Assembly (NCBI GenBank): GCA_001179505.1
Contig: CDMY01000460.1
Location: 8,166 to 72,165 of the forward strand
From: Vitrella brassicaformis CCMP3155
Taxonomy: Eukaryota > Protista > Chromerida
Length of the DNA: 64,000 nt
Direction of reading: 5' to 3'
Position 1 is the first letter of the stretch, and every line of letters begins with the position of its first letter. Under the pieces are notes generated by a model. The model saw only the letters and a list, made by a program, of their open reading frames with translations, was not told where the DNA came from and did no database searches. A program made the position numbers and the translations under genes. Shown piece by piece: positions 13,895 through 27,023 of this stretch.

Positions 13895-14919
13895 CAGTCG
13901 GATCAACTACAAAATAACAATATTGGATTTCAGTCAGAACTCTTCGTCGATCGCCAAGCGATGTCCTTTTCCCGCAAACAGCTGACTCTAACCCATTTCT
14001 GAAGCCCGGCGAGTGAATTCATTCGCCGCAAAGGATGGCTGACCCAGCGTAGCGTAGGATGGGTAAGTGTCACGTCTCCTAGCCAGACAAGATAAGGATA
14101 CACCGACTGTCGCAGACACTCTCACTTCTCCAGCTCCCTGACTGCAGACACTCTCACCCACTCCATGAACCGCTCCATCCATTCGTCCGTCCGTCCGTCC
14201 ATCCATCCATCCCCCCTTGCATCATGCTGACTAAAACAAGAGCCCGGGCTTCATTCACAGATAACTGACTGACTTGGCTGACTGACTGGTGGATGAGACA
14301 GACAGACAGACAGGATACCCACGGTGTCCTGCCGCCTCCGGTCGGTGCAGCACGGCCAAAACGAACGAGAGATGTGTGTACACACGTACATGTACGTACG
14401 TATCCAAACATACATAGGTATCATATACTGTACAGGTGGTCACATCGCACGTGTGAAAAGTACACACCACACCCTCGACCAGCCGCGATCTTCCCTGCCC
14501 GTCTGCCGCGGTGTCTGTCTTCTCTTCTGCCTTTCCGCTCCGTTGCAACAGGCGGCGTGAATGCTGCCAGACACCACGGACGGCATCGTGCAGCATTGGC
14601 CCTGCCCACGGCAACGCAGCAGAAGGACACAGAGACACACAGCAGACATCTGTATGCACACACGAAACGGAAAAAGCAACTCCCCGACGGACATCAACAA
14701 CACTAAGGCAACCCATGGTCGCTCGCTCACTGATGTGTTCTACTGCTGACACAGGGATGAATCCCTCAATCCATCCACCCATCAATCTTCACTCGCACAT
14801 GCATCCTGTCCCGTCAGTCATGCCCGCACGGCATTCTCAGGCAGATTGGGAAGGGTCGACGTCGCCAACAGCGACCCACAACGCTGAACACACACTCACA
14901 CAGAGAGGAATCGATCACA

Positions 14920-17777
14920 TCAGCCCCACCCATACACCAACCACCCGCCCGCCACTTCTGTCACTCCTTCCTTCACCTGTTTGTTTTGTATGGTCTTGAT
15001 GAGTCTGGTCTTGAGAGGGTACTTGGGCTCGCTGGTGTTGCGGTAGGTGTTGAGGTGAGGATTGACATTAAACAGGGGATTGGTCACTGGCTGGTGGTAC
15101 CCGAAGGGGTAGGTGGTGTAGGAGGGGTGGTGGGATGAGAACCCGGACGAACCCGTCATGCTCGAGCCGCCCGTGTTGCTGCTCGTGCGCCTGATAGGTA
15201 GGTAGGGAGAGAGGGAGGGAAAGACACACGAGAGCGGCGTCGTGGAGACTCTCGTCGGTGTGTGTATTCTTCTCTGCTCACTTTGAGTGGTGTCTGTCTC
15301 TGTGGTGTGAGTGGTGAGAGCCGTGGTGCCGCTTCGACGAACGGTCGCGCCGGCTCTTGCTGCTGGCAGGACAACAGCTGAATGCACACCACACCGATCA
15401 AGGAACGACACGTACGTCAGCTGATGGACATCACTGCCTGCGTGCACTTTGGTTGCTCACTATGGGCATGAGCAGTCTCTCCCTGGCCTCGCTGACGTGC
15501 ACCTGACGAACACAGACACAATCGATGGCGGCAGATCCTGGTGGGGGTAGATGGTCTTGATTTGCTCACATGCAGAAGTAGAGTGAGGTGCCGACGACCA
15601 GTGTTGTAGGGAAGACGACAAAAGTGAGGAACACCAGCAGCCAATCCTGGAAGGCTTGTGCTGCACACCACACAACACACGACTCACCATACATGCGCGC
15701 AATCGGTGTGCGCCTTTGTGTCTTGTGCCTTACGTATGACTTGAACGACGGCCACTCGTTTGGGGTCGAGGTCGAATGCGTTGGCGTAGAGGCACATGTC
15801 GAAGCTCCTCTTCTGCTGCATCGGCAGGTCCTTGCTGAAGTGCCACACCAACTCCTCACCTGAAACACACACACACACACACACACACAGTGTCAGCGAC
15901 ATCCTGCCGACCGTCTTTGTGTCGGTCGGTTACCGAACGGTGGGGCGACGGAGACGGTTGTCCCGTTAATGTCCATCGTGTCTGATCAACACCAAGGCAT
16001 GCAGTACACGCGAGCCCATTGCGCCCGCCTCCCTGAGTACCCTCCCTCACCGAAAGAAGGTTCGCGATTGGCGGCATTCCTTCGGTTCCTGCGCACCGGC
16101 CGCCCCCCTCCCTGCTGTGTCGGATACAGCTCAATGGCGTCCGCCATGTCCCTCTCGCCACCACGGACTGCAGACCGACCCAGCTGCAGAAACGACAGAC
16201 CGCCGAGGGTGCCCAGCAGATCCGTGGTGGGACGCTGGCTGTTCGGTGAGGGAGAGACCTCAGAGGCCTCTTCTGCTGATGGTGGTTGTGGTTGTGGTGG
16301 TGATGGTGGTGGTTGTGGTTGTGAGACGTCGCGGGCCGTCTCCGTTCTAGTGAGTGCTCTGAGGGATTGTGTCGATGAAGAGAAGATGTTGGCCAGAAGA
16401 GATGGGAGGCGGGAGAGAGGGGTGGGGAAGGTCGGCGATGAGGAGGGGTCGGCATCGTCGAAGACGTCCTCGCCCTACATGGTTGACAGATGACACGACG
16501 GTTGACCTTGCACGCGTGATGGTGGGAGGATGTGTCGTGTGTATCATCACTCCACTCACCGTCTTCCACGTGACGGATTCTGTCTTGTACGATCCGCGAC
16601 AGCCGACCTCGCTCGGCTTCACCGACACGATAGTGTCTTTGGAGAAGCCATCACCTTTACACAGACAATCACAACACAACACGTCAGGTCGAACGAGGGC
16701 ACGCGACGTGTCTGCAAAGTGCTGCACTCACCCTGCAGGACGAGATCGAAGTGTACGTGCTGCATCGGGTGGACGGAGAGGGACATCTTGGAGCGAGCGT
16801 GCGCCCGCAAATGCTGTCTGCACACACATACCGACACGTAGACACACGCGTGACACACACGGCTGCTGCACACGTGAGTGTTGGTCTGAAGGTTGCTTAC
16901 TCCTGCTGTTGTACGTGAGGCTTCATGCACAGACCATCGGCAGAGCGCCTGCACCCATCTGCAGACAGCAGCCGGCAGCAGAAAAGAAAAAAAGGGTTCA
17001 CCTGTGCAGTGCACAGGCAACGCTTTGCTCACCTGGAATGTCGACGTCTCCCACGAACGTCCCCTCCGATTTGGACCGGGCGCTCGGGTAGAGACACAGT
17101 GTGTAGGTCTTGCCCCACTCACTCGAACTCTCCTTGCCCAACTCAAACACTGAACAAACATGCACAATACGACACCAATTGCCCGTGCGACTGATCTCCC
17201 TACCCGCCTTTGCTCACGGATGTGCTGCTCGTGGTGTTTGCGGCGCCTCAGGATCTCGCCGGTGGCACCTGCAACACACACACACACACACACAGAGCAG
17301 CAGAGGTGCTGTCAACACAGCGTAGCATGATTGTGTGCCTGCCTCGCTGACCAGCGATGCTGTTGTCGTAGGGTCTGGATTCGCATGACGCGTTGTTGGG
17401 CGCCCTCTCCTTGACACTCAGGTAGCTGTCCGGATCAAACCCGCTCCCAACCAATGTCACATTCACCGACCAACCACGCAAACCTGACAACAGCAGACGA
17501 CGCGCAGAGAGCAATATGCAGGAGTGCCATGAAGTCTTCCGCCTCGTCGTCACTCACCGTCGGCCAGCGCTTCATTTTCAAGCATGCGGTGGACCGCAAA
17601 CAGAGTCCTCGGCACCCTTATGGATGCCCGCTTCGTTTTCTTGCCCGACTCAAGTGCCCGCTTCGACTTGCCCTTGCCAGGCTTTTCGATGCGGTTCCGC
17701 GCATCGCGGCTTCGTAACGCAGCTGCCCAGCCGATGAGCACCGCCGCGATGGACGCCAAGAGGCCAGACGGAGCCAT
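14920..17777 (-). CDS. Putative single-pass (type I) membrane protein, many small exons
   Basis: N-terminus MAPSGLLASIAAVLIGWAAALRS is signal-like. There is a Pro/Ser-rich mid exon (VSQPQPPPSPPQPQPP), a hydrophobic exon AFQDWLLVFLTFVVFPTTLVVGTSLYFC (~15570-15655) and a low-complexity tail (SSHHPSYTTYPFGYHQP). The end coordinate is approximate. Confidence 0.6.
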
Positions 17778-18212
17778 CCGGAATGGTGGAATGATCTCAG
17801 GGAAAACGAGCCGCGCAATTCACATGCTGCCAATGCACTAAGACACAGCTGGATCTACCCTTGGGGACCTTCCAACTTCGAGGCAGGCTCTTCAAACACC
17901 ACAACCGTTTGTCCTCTCAGCTCGCGCTTCTAAGCTCGCAATCTTCGAGGTGCTCCCTGAAACCGCTTCCCCGAGGAGGCTGGATGTGCAGTTGTGTCGA
18001 GGATGAAGTGGATCTATAGCATCTCGACGCCAAACTGCATCGGTCGCATCTTCTCCTTCGCCGCGGCCCTTTGCGCGCTGCGGACATCAACTACAGAGTG
18101 TTCAGCCGTATACCGAGCGCCCCTGAAGAGCAAAGCAACGTTTATCGGTCCCCCTCTTCTTCTCCGCGCAAGAAGAACGACATCCATACATCGTCGCTGC
18201 AGCGACGGTGCC

Positions 18213-19492
18213 ATGGGAGACCTGCCAGACAACGATGCTTCGAGCCTCGGCCTTGGCTCGTCAGCAAGAGGCGGCAATCCCACAGCCGAGGGCGATGAGG
18301 TCCTGAAGGCGCACATCGAGTCCTTCCTGAAGCGACAAAACATGACAGCTGTGCTGCGCTTCGACATCGAGGGTGCTGACCATCTGCGTGATGCGCTCCA
18401 TGTGCTGGAGAGCAGTGGCGACTGGTGCAGACACTCGAGGGCCATCCTCTGCATCCTCAAGCAACGTGAGTATGTTCCCTCCCTGCCGCTGACCATCACA
18501 CACGATGACGTCAAGAGAGTCGCGGCGTTCCAAGACTGCCCAGTGCCGGTGAAGCAGTTCTCGCTCTTCAGCCACCTGCTCAATGGTGATCACAACATGA
18601 CGCTCGATCGAAGAGATGACGGCGCCGTGACAATGGGCGGCCAATGGTTGAATATCTACACGAGGGACACGCTCCCTGCCGTTAAGGACTACTTCAAACA
18701 AGAGCATCCTTTTCTGAAGTCGTCCGATCCCGAGAACCCGCCTTGCAGCTGTAAGAAACCGTTCTGAAGAGAGAAGGGTCATTATTGCATGGTATGTGCG
18801 GCTGATGAACATGTTCAGATATGTATCGTAACTTCGGAAGACGTGATTATGCGGGTTTTCACGACGCCGTGCTTCTCCAGTAAGGACAGTGCAGAGAAGG
18901 TGTTTGTGTTTGTGATTATTTTGTTTGTACTCTCCTGATTTTGTTGGTCAGCATGGGGTCGGGTTTTGGCGACAAAGAGTGCCATAATGTTCTGGGGACT
19001 GGCAGCAAAATCCCCAAGAAAGAGGAGACTGTCAGCTTTCGAGACCAGCGAATCGCGGAGCTGGTGGCGCAGGTGAGTGAAGCGCAGGCTATGATGTCGT
19101 GGTCATGACATGTGCCATCAACTAGTTTGTCCCTCTGCCTTTGTCAGATGCCGCCCCCTTGGCACCGCATCACCATGACGTGTCTGTGTGGAGAGAGAGA
19201 GGATACCGAGGTTAAGCAGTTACGTCGCCTGTACTTGTGCGGAGACGATCCGAACGACAGTTTCCTCACGTATCTGCAATGTGCCACCAGAGGTGTCTTC
19301 CAAGATGCCAAGATGATGTATCTGAACACGTTTGAGACGCCTCTCCCTCCTCCTGGGGGGTGGGAATTGTGGCCGGATTGGAAGCCGTCAAGGTTCCCGG
19401 CTACGGTGGAGGTGGCACGGCGGGAGATGGGCAGTGATTTCGACCTCATCTTTGGCGAGAAAATGAGACGGGCTGAAGCCCGTGGTGAGTAA
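18213..19492 (+). CDS. Distant member of the same lineage-specific family as the 8-14 kb genes
   Basis: Long first exon with LPLTITHDDV / FLKSSDPENPPC, resembling LPAIITREDL / FQQHTDPHNPIV. Probable donor GCT|gtaaga at ~18751. Later exons ...FRDQRIAELVAQ|gtgagt and MPPPWHRITMTC...RAEARGE* (stop 19492). Confidence 0.6.
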
Positions 19493-19689
19493 AGAGATCA
19501 TGCGGGGCTGGATGACCGCAGGGACGGAGATATGCGGTGGATGGATGCATGTGACTGAATGGGATGAGGTTGTGACACTCTGTGCTCATGTGTAGTATAG
19601 AGTGACAACTGAGCTGGCTTAGGACGCTGCTCTGCTGTCATGTGCTCTCTACTGTTCCGCTGAGAGATCAGTCATCTGCTGTTGTGCTA

Positions 19690-22600
19690 CATGAGAACAA
19701 GGCAGTTAGCTGACCTTTCAATGGAGGGTTGTAGACTTATGTGTAAAAGACATGCAGACTCACGATTGCGAATTGATGGACTAAAGAGTCTTCCATGGAT
19801 ATAAAACGTTGGCAGCGACCCAGCATAAATAAACGTGCGCCCACAACACACCCACCCCACAAGTAGATGCAGTGCGGGATAGTCACCACCTCCGGCACAT
19901 ATAAAATGTAGGCAGCAATCGAATCGATAGGCGCTGCAGTGGGGCAGATCATGTTTTCGTGTCTCTTGCCTGTCTGTCTGTCTCCCTGGCTGGCTGCATG
20001 TCTCTCCCCTCTCGGCTGTGGCCAGACGTCCGGCCTCCTGAATGGCGCGTTGGAGCTCCTCGGGCGAGGTGGCTGGGTCGACGGACAGCTCGCTGGCCTC
20101 CCGGACGGCCTCCACCTCCTCGTTGAGGGGGGCGTCGAAGCACCGGTCGTATGCGGGCGGACGGTCCTGACCAACGGGCTTGAAGAACTTCGAGTGCGGC
20201 CCCCCAGCGGGTCGAACCTGTTGCCGTCGGCGTTCCTCAGCATGTGCATGTGGGGGGCCAGCAACAGGTTGGCCAGCAGCGAGCACAGTGAGTAGGTGTC
20301 GGCCGTCCGGCTGGACGGACCCACGATGGCTGTCCTGTCACCACTGCCACTGCTGCTGCTGCTGCTGGCGCCCTGGCCGATGATGCGGAGGAGGCTGGCG
20401 GCTGCTCGAATGTTGGCGGCTGGGTCTGTGTGGGGCGGGTTGACGGGGGGCGGGGTGATGTCGCTTGGGCGTGTCGGCTGGGGCGAGAGGGGCTGCTCGG
20501 CAATGCCGATGTCCTGGGCCATCTCCAGGTCGATCCACCGGCCTCTCAGCTCACCCTTCGTCCCCTCCTCCCCTTGACTCGTGCAGGTGGGCCGCCACTC
20601 GACCAGCACGTTATTGCCGCTGGCATCCCGGTGCACCAGGCCGCCGCGAAGATCTCCGCCTGCGACACGAGCAGAGACAGGGCCAGCGAGCGGATGTGGT
20701 GGGGGGCGATGCCGAGCTCTTTGAGGGTGGTCTGCAGGCGCTTGATCTTGTTGACGAGGCAGTTGGCTGTCGGCAGGTCGGCCCTCGCAGCAAAGAGGTC
20801 CGTGAGCGAGACGCTGTTGGACCAGATGGGGTCCTCCTCTGCCGCTGTGGTGACCTCCTGCTGGTCGTCATAGGGGCTGATGCTGTCGGCCTCCCACTCC
20901 TCGTCGCCATCGGCCTCGTCCTGCTGCTCAGCTGCCGCCCTGGAGGCCGCAAGGGTTTCGGCGCTGATGCACAGCTCCATCGGCCGCGGGCAGAAGTCGG
21001 GGGAGGCCAACATGGCGTCGCACACAGGCAAATAACAGACAGACACGTGGAAGAGCTGCGAATGTGTGTAAATGTGCCGTGTGTGTGGCGACCCACCGGC
21101 TGCCCTGCCCATCGAAATGCCGCCAGTCTCCTTCCGCGACGACTGTGGCTTCGAGGCGGTCTTGCGGTGGCGCAGCCGCTCGGCAACAGAGGGCGTCAGG
21201 AAGCCTGGAGTACACAACGCAATGCAACTCAACGGGGGAGTGCGTTTGATGTCCGCGTCTGTGTGCGTCTGTGTGTCGGCTGTGCTTACTTATGTATTCT
21301 GATATGGATATGTAGAAGTGCCCCTGGATGCCCATGACCACCCGCTTGTAGGCCGCGTTGGGGCGGTCGGCCAGGTCCTCAGGCACGCGTGTCTTGTCGA
21401 TGATGATGTAGTCGTGCCACTCCTTGGGCAGCAGCCGAATGGGCAGGACTCCCGTCGTCGGCGCCAGGCTGCCCCTCGCGCCCCCTCGGGCCACTCGAGT
21501 GACTGGTGGTCGGCGGGGACGCTGCCGGACGCCTTCAACGCGGCCGTGATACCGCCGCCGCGGGCTGACAGGCGCTTGATGGCCTCCACCTCCCTCAGGA
21601 TGGTGCTGCTGGCGTCCTCTGGCCGCTGGGCGAAGCCCAGGGGGATGTCGCACTTGAGGACGACGCGCTGCCCCGACGCCAGGTGGCCCTCGATTATGGC
21701 AACTTCGCTGCTGTACTGCAGCATAAAGCGGCCGGCGGGGCTGAAGACTGACAGGACATCCAGTGCCGTCGCCTCTGGTGTGCCCGCCGCCTCTTGTGTG
21801 GGTCCGTCAGTGGCCGGCCCGATGTGTGCGTGGCAAAGAAAGAGAGAAGCGCCGTCTGGCGCAGCTCCCTCATCGTCGGTGTCGCCCTTTCCTTCTGCTG
21901 GGAGTGGTGCCGACTTACCGGACGCCTTGGTCCGCGGCACCGGCTCGTCGGCCATCTTGCACAGGCGGTGGTTGCGGCCGCGGTCCTTGACGGGCGTATA
22001 GCGGTTGGAGAACATGCTGTCGCGCACCGAGTTGCAATACGAGCCGTACTCGGGCCGCCTTTTGTGCAGACCCGCCACAAACTGCAGACACACAGAGAGA
22101 ACAAGAGAATGTATTGATGCAGACAGACACCTGGTGTGACAGACAGGAGACCATACCCACCTCGTTGATCTGAGGGTAGTTTGTGCTGTTGATGTTGCCG
22201 CCGGGGATGTCGTTGTGGCACACGAAGAAGCTGGATGAGTGTGTAGTTGATGGTCATGTGCGTGGCAAACACGCAGGCCATCGACTCGGCCTCCGCCATG
22301 TGCTCCTCAAGCAGCTTGAACACGCCCGTGAAGGACTTCTCCAACTGCACACACACACACACACACACACGCATCCATCCATCCACCCGTCATCAGCCAT
22401 GATTGCCTGCCCACCTTGACTATGTTCGTCCGCCGCGTTTTGGTGAGATTGTCGTTCGTCCTGCCGGCTATCATCTCGCTCCTCGCCTGCGCCACATAGC
22501 CGTCCACCAAGTTGTGCAAACAGCCGGTGGCATGAGCCATATTGGCGAAGAGCTCGTCCTTCTCCCAGCTGGCCGCTGCGGACTCTGGCTGCGCCGTCGA

Positions 22601-23120
22601 TGCACGGGATGAGTGGGGGTGGTGCGAGAGCGCTCGCAGGAAGCACCACACCTGCACCACACCTGCCTGGCTGGCTGTCGAAGTACGACTCACCCAAGAA
22701 GGTGATCTTGGTGACACCGGGTGGCAGCGCCGCCCCATACTTGACCTCAGTGTCCTCGAAGCCTGCACACACGAACACCCAGCCGCCCAAAATGACCACA
22801 TGTTGGTATGCAGCGATCGATCTATGTCACAGTGTTGGCCGGCCGACCTGGCTCTTTGGCGACGAGTTTGATGAGCTCGGGGAGCTGTTCCCTCTCGCTC
22901 TCCTTCTGGTTCTCCCGCTTCTGGGAGGACTTGCCGGGGTTCTTGACCCGCGGCACCGGCTTGTCAGCCATCCTTTTCGCCACAGTTGATTATGCGATAG
23001 AGACGGCTTCCCTTCCACAAGTCTTTGTTCCTCGTCCTTTTGGCGTCGTCCGGCCACTCTCGGTCGGCATCCAAGAGGTCGAGCGGCAGGCCACGTGGAG
23101 CAGCACGTCATAGGCATGCT
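19690..23120 (-). pseudogene. Atypical protein-kinase gene with several frameshifts; an upstream module carries a CHND motif
   Basis: VVLKCDIP (beta3 Lys), ILREVEAI (alphaC Glu), VHRDASGNNVL, RWIDLEMAQ, DTYSLCSLLANLLLAPHM, FDAPLNEEVEAVRE, then an exon IAAYILY. Frame breaks at ~20644, ~20200 (G6 run) and ~22250. Confidence 0.8.
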
Positions 23121-23744
23121 GCAGAAGGCAGGCAGGCAGGCGCTAGGCAGGCGTGTGTGTTTTTGTGTGCGCACCGACCTGCCAAAACGCCCTGCTTACT
23201 TTTCTGATATTCAGGAGGCCTTGGTCTTCGGGCACGCATGTCCGTCATCGTCCCCGACTAGGTATCGCGACACAAGAGAGAAATGACAGGAATAAGTCAG
23301 TCGTCATATACCAGCAGCACAGTGTGGTGCATCGGGGCTGCACAGCCGGCAGGCAGCGAAAGTCATCAGAACTGCTGATGGCAGAAAAGGAAAAAGAATA
23401 AAACAAAGAAGGCCGTCTCCCTCCTCTCTCGAATTCTCGACCGTCCTTCTTACCCAAAATCGGTTCTTGCTGTCGTAGCGGGATTACAAGCCAGTGCGGC
23501 AGTATTGCATGGGGGGCAGAAGGGGAGTGAGGATACACAACGGATTCCAACAGTGGAGCTGCAGAAGGCAAGAAGGACTCATCCCTGTAGACAGCTGATT
23601 CTCGATATGCGTACCAGTGCCGTAGATAGCTGTGTGAGCGGCGTGGAAGGGGAGAGGAATGGGAATTCGGAATGCGATGAAGATCGCGACTAAGCTCGCC
23701 ATGGTGCGTGAAACCGCTGCGGTGAGATCTTCGAGAAAATCGTC

Positions 23745-25362
23745 ATGAAGAAACGTGCTGAGAAGAAGTCTGGTCGTTCTGGCGATCGTGATGCCAGCAA
23801 GGTGATGAAGGAGGGCAAGAAGAAGCGAGGTGGTGAGCCAACCATCGACAGGAGCCGAGCCGAGGCCTTGATTCCACTCATTAAGAACAAGCAGAAGCGG
23901 CGAGAGCTCCTTGGCAAGCTGTTCCGGGAGAAGCAGAAGGAGAAAGCGAAGTTTAGAAGAGCGAGGAAAGCCGCAGAGGCGCGGGGCGAGAAGGTCAGCA
24001 CCGCCGAACACGCAATGAATAAGCCGACACACATGCCAGTGTGCTGTTTTCAGGTCGAGAGGCAGAAACCGAGGACCATAGAGGACATGCGGGAGGCAGA
24101 CGACACCATTGGTAACACAAGGGAGAGGATCAGATGCTTATGTGACAACACCGATGTCTTGTTGTGTTGCAGTGACCAAGGAGGACGAGGAGGTCCAGGC
24201 GGAGGACGCTGCCGATGAATTCGCCTCTTACTTCGATGGATCGAGGCCGCCAAAGATCATGCTCACAACCAACAAGTGAGCTGCGGAGGGGGCGAGAGGG
24301 ATGACAAGCAGCGCATGGATGCTGATGGTGTCTGGTGTGTGTCAGGCGGCCGTCTGCTGAGATGTTTGATTTCCTTAAGGAGCTGGTCGCCATCATACCG
24401 CGATGCTTCTACCATAAGGTGAGCCGGCAAGACATCGATGGGTGCGCACATAGCCGCATTATCTGGTATGCTTGGCCGTTTGCAGAGGGCGAATCGCGAG
24501 ATCAAGAAGATGGTCAAGTATGCGTGTGACAAGAACTTCACGGACCTCATCATCGTCAACGAGAAGGCCAAGCGGCCCTTTTCACTCTACATCTGCCACC
24601 TGCCAGGTGCCCCCCACGGACGCCACATCACATCTACTGGTGGCTAGTTACCATTCCCTGCCGTCATCTGCATGCAGAGGGCCCGACCACCTTCTTTCGC
24701 CTGACGAGGCTGAAGCTTGCACAACACATGAAGGTGAGGGAGTGAGCAGAGCGCACTGAAGGAAACGTGCACACACTATCTGGATCGAATGTGCGGCATT
24801 TGTCGTATATCGTCAGGGTGGTGCGACGTCGAGTGATCACAATCCTGAGATCATCCTCAACAACTTCGACTCACGAGTCGGACACAGGCTGGGTGAGTTA
24901 ACCGCTCCACACACATGGCCGCATAGATGATTGCTCTGCCTGTGTTTGTGTGTGCAGGGCGTCAGTTCGCGGCGTTGTTTCCGCAGCGTCCTGAGTTTCT
25001 GGGCCGTCGTGTGATCTGCTTCCACAACCAGAGGGACTTCGTTTTCTTCAGACACTACAGGCACGGTTGTCACAGGCAGACATATGTGAGTCAATGGTAT
25101 GGTTGTTTCGTTCAGGTATGAGTTCGACAAGAATGGGGAGCGGACTCGGCTGCAGGAGATCGGCCCACGATTCACTCTCAAACTCAGATGGATGCAGGCA
25201 ACCCACCACACCACACCAGACGACACGAGCACAGAAGCACCAATGCTCTGTGTGTGTGTGTGTGTGTGTTAGGAGGGTACGTTCAACACGACATCCGGCG
25301 AGTATGAGTTCCTGTGGCGGCCGGACCTGCAAGTGTCGAGGAAGAAGTTCTTCATGGGATAG
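23745..25362 (+). CDS. RPF1: Ribosome production factor 1 (Brix domain), multi-exon
   Basis: [93 protein letters not shown]...RKKFFM*. Confidence 0.93.
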
Positions 25363-25581
25363 CGGGGTGGATTGATGAAGCAATCACAGTCAATCTGTGC
25401 ATGGGTGCTGTGTATAGACAGACAGACAGACAAACAGACATGCTGCATGTCGACGTCGATCATGTGACTCACACTCTCTGCCCGTGCACGTGATTGATTG
25501 ACTGATAATTGATCGACTGACTCACTGCTGGCATGCATACATATGTAACCAGCGTACTGATTCACTCAGACACCATGCGGC

Positions 25582-26890
25582 ATGCAACACGGTGACAGCA
25601 CACTCTACGATGAGTGTGTCGCATTCCTTCACGACAAAAACAACAGGGGCCGGTCGCTGAGAGGCGAGATGGCGGCGCTCAAAGCAGACATGACCATGTT
25701 CAAACAGTCACTCGACAACCTGCAGGTCGATGAGACACAGACACAACAGACGCAGACGTGGAGGATTCATTTCTTTCCGTGTTCCCGCAGGCTGAGATCA
25801 TCCGCGGGCGGCAGAGGCAGTGGCAGCAGAAGAAGCTTGCCAACGTGCCCAAGTGTCTGCCACGTAAATAACAGACAAACAAACATCCACGCAACAACGA
25901 GTGCCATTTGGTCTGTTCCTGAATGCAGAGATTCCAGCGCATGGTCCATCGCGTGAGGACGAGAGACGGCCCACCCGCATTGTGCCTGAGGTGCCACTAG
26001 TCGCCAGTAACAACCAGCCCAGCAACAATCCGACCAAGAAACGCAGACTGCTGCTGCTGCCCATGACAAGCAGGAGGAGCCCTCGCCAGCCCTCACACAA
26101 AGACAATGCACGTGCCGCCGCACTCTCGTCCAAGAGCAGACGCTCTTACAGCGAGGTATGCAGGACATACACAGCAAATGTCTCGCTTGTCGATGGATGC
26201 TTGATGTATGTAATTACACAGGTGTCGTCTTTGGTGTCTGGTGTCTCTGGCTCCAAACTCAGCAGCGGCAAAGGATCGCAGAAGAGACGTACAATAATCC
26301 ACTCGACGTGTCTGTGTGTGTGATTGCTCCTTCTATGTGTTGGTTTGTGTCAGGTCATCGCAAGGTCCGGGAGCTTGTGTTGCACTGTGCACAGGACGGC
26401 GGCAGGACCGAGACCCACCCTGTGTTTGATGAACTCGAGTGTGGCCTCTTCAAGGAAGAGGACGAACAGGTATACATCCGAACATACAGCGAGACTCAGA
26501 TGGATGTACGAGTGTCTTCTCTACTGGTTTTGTGCTATCTCTGTGTCCAATCAGGAGTTCTTGTGTCTGCGTGCGTCAAATGAGAAGAGCGGCCACATGC
26601 CAAACGATGACGACCAGCTCACTCAGCAAGACGTACCATGCCAGCTACACCAGCCATACCATGCGATTCTCCTCCTCTCCCTCTTACTTCTCTGTGTGTG
26701 TATGTTCTAGTCGCTGGAATGGGCACAGCAGATGATCCACAAGTATCTCCAGCAGTTGCCGACACTGCTACGAGAGCAGGTGGACGAGCACGACCTCATC
26801 CACGGCGGGGCGCAGGCAAATCGCACTGAGAGTGTGAGAGAGATGCTTGTGCCTCTGTGGCTCAAGGAAAGGCATTCGTGCACAAAGTGA
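25582..26890 (+). CDS. Hypothetical coiled-coil protein, multi-exon
   Basis: Exons MQHGDSTLYDECVAF...KQSLDNLQ, AEIIRGRQRQWQQKK, HRKVRELVLHCAQ...EEDEQ and SLEWAQQMIHKYLQQLPTLLREQ...CTK*, bounded by GT/AG. Confidence 0.5.
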
Positions 26891-27023
26891 TGACTGATTG
26901 ACGGCTGCGCACATGCATGTCAGACGCAGATGCATGTAATGAGTGGATCCGAGCAAGAGACACAACATGCAAAGATCGACAGAAGGCGTCCCTCACAGAC
27001 CAGAAAAGCAAGAGTCATTTTGA

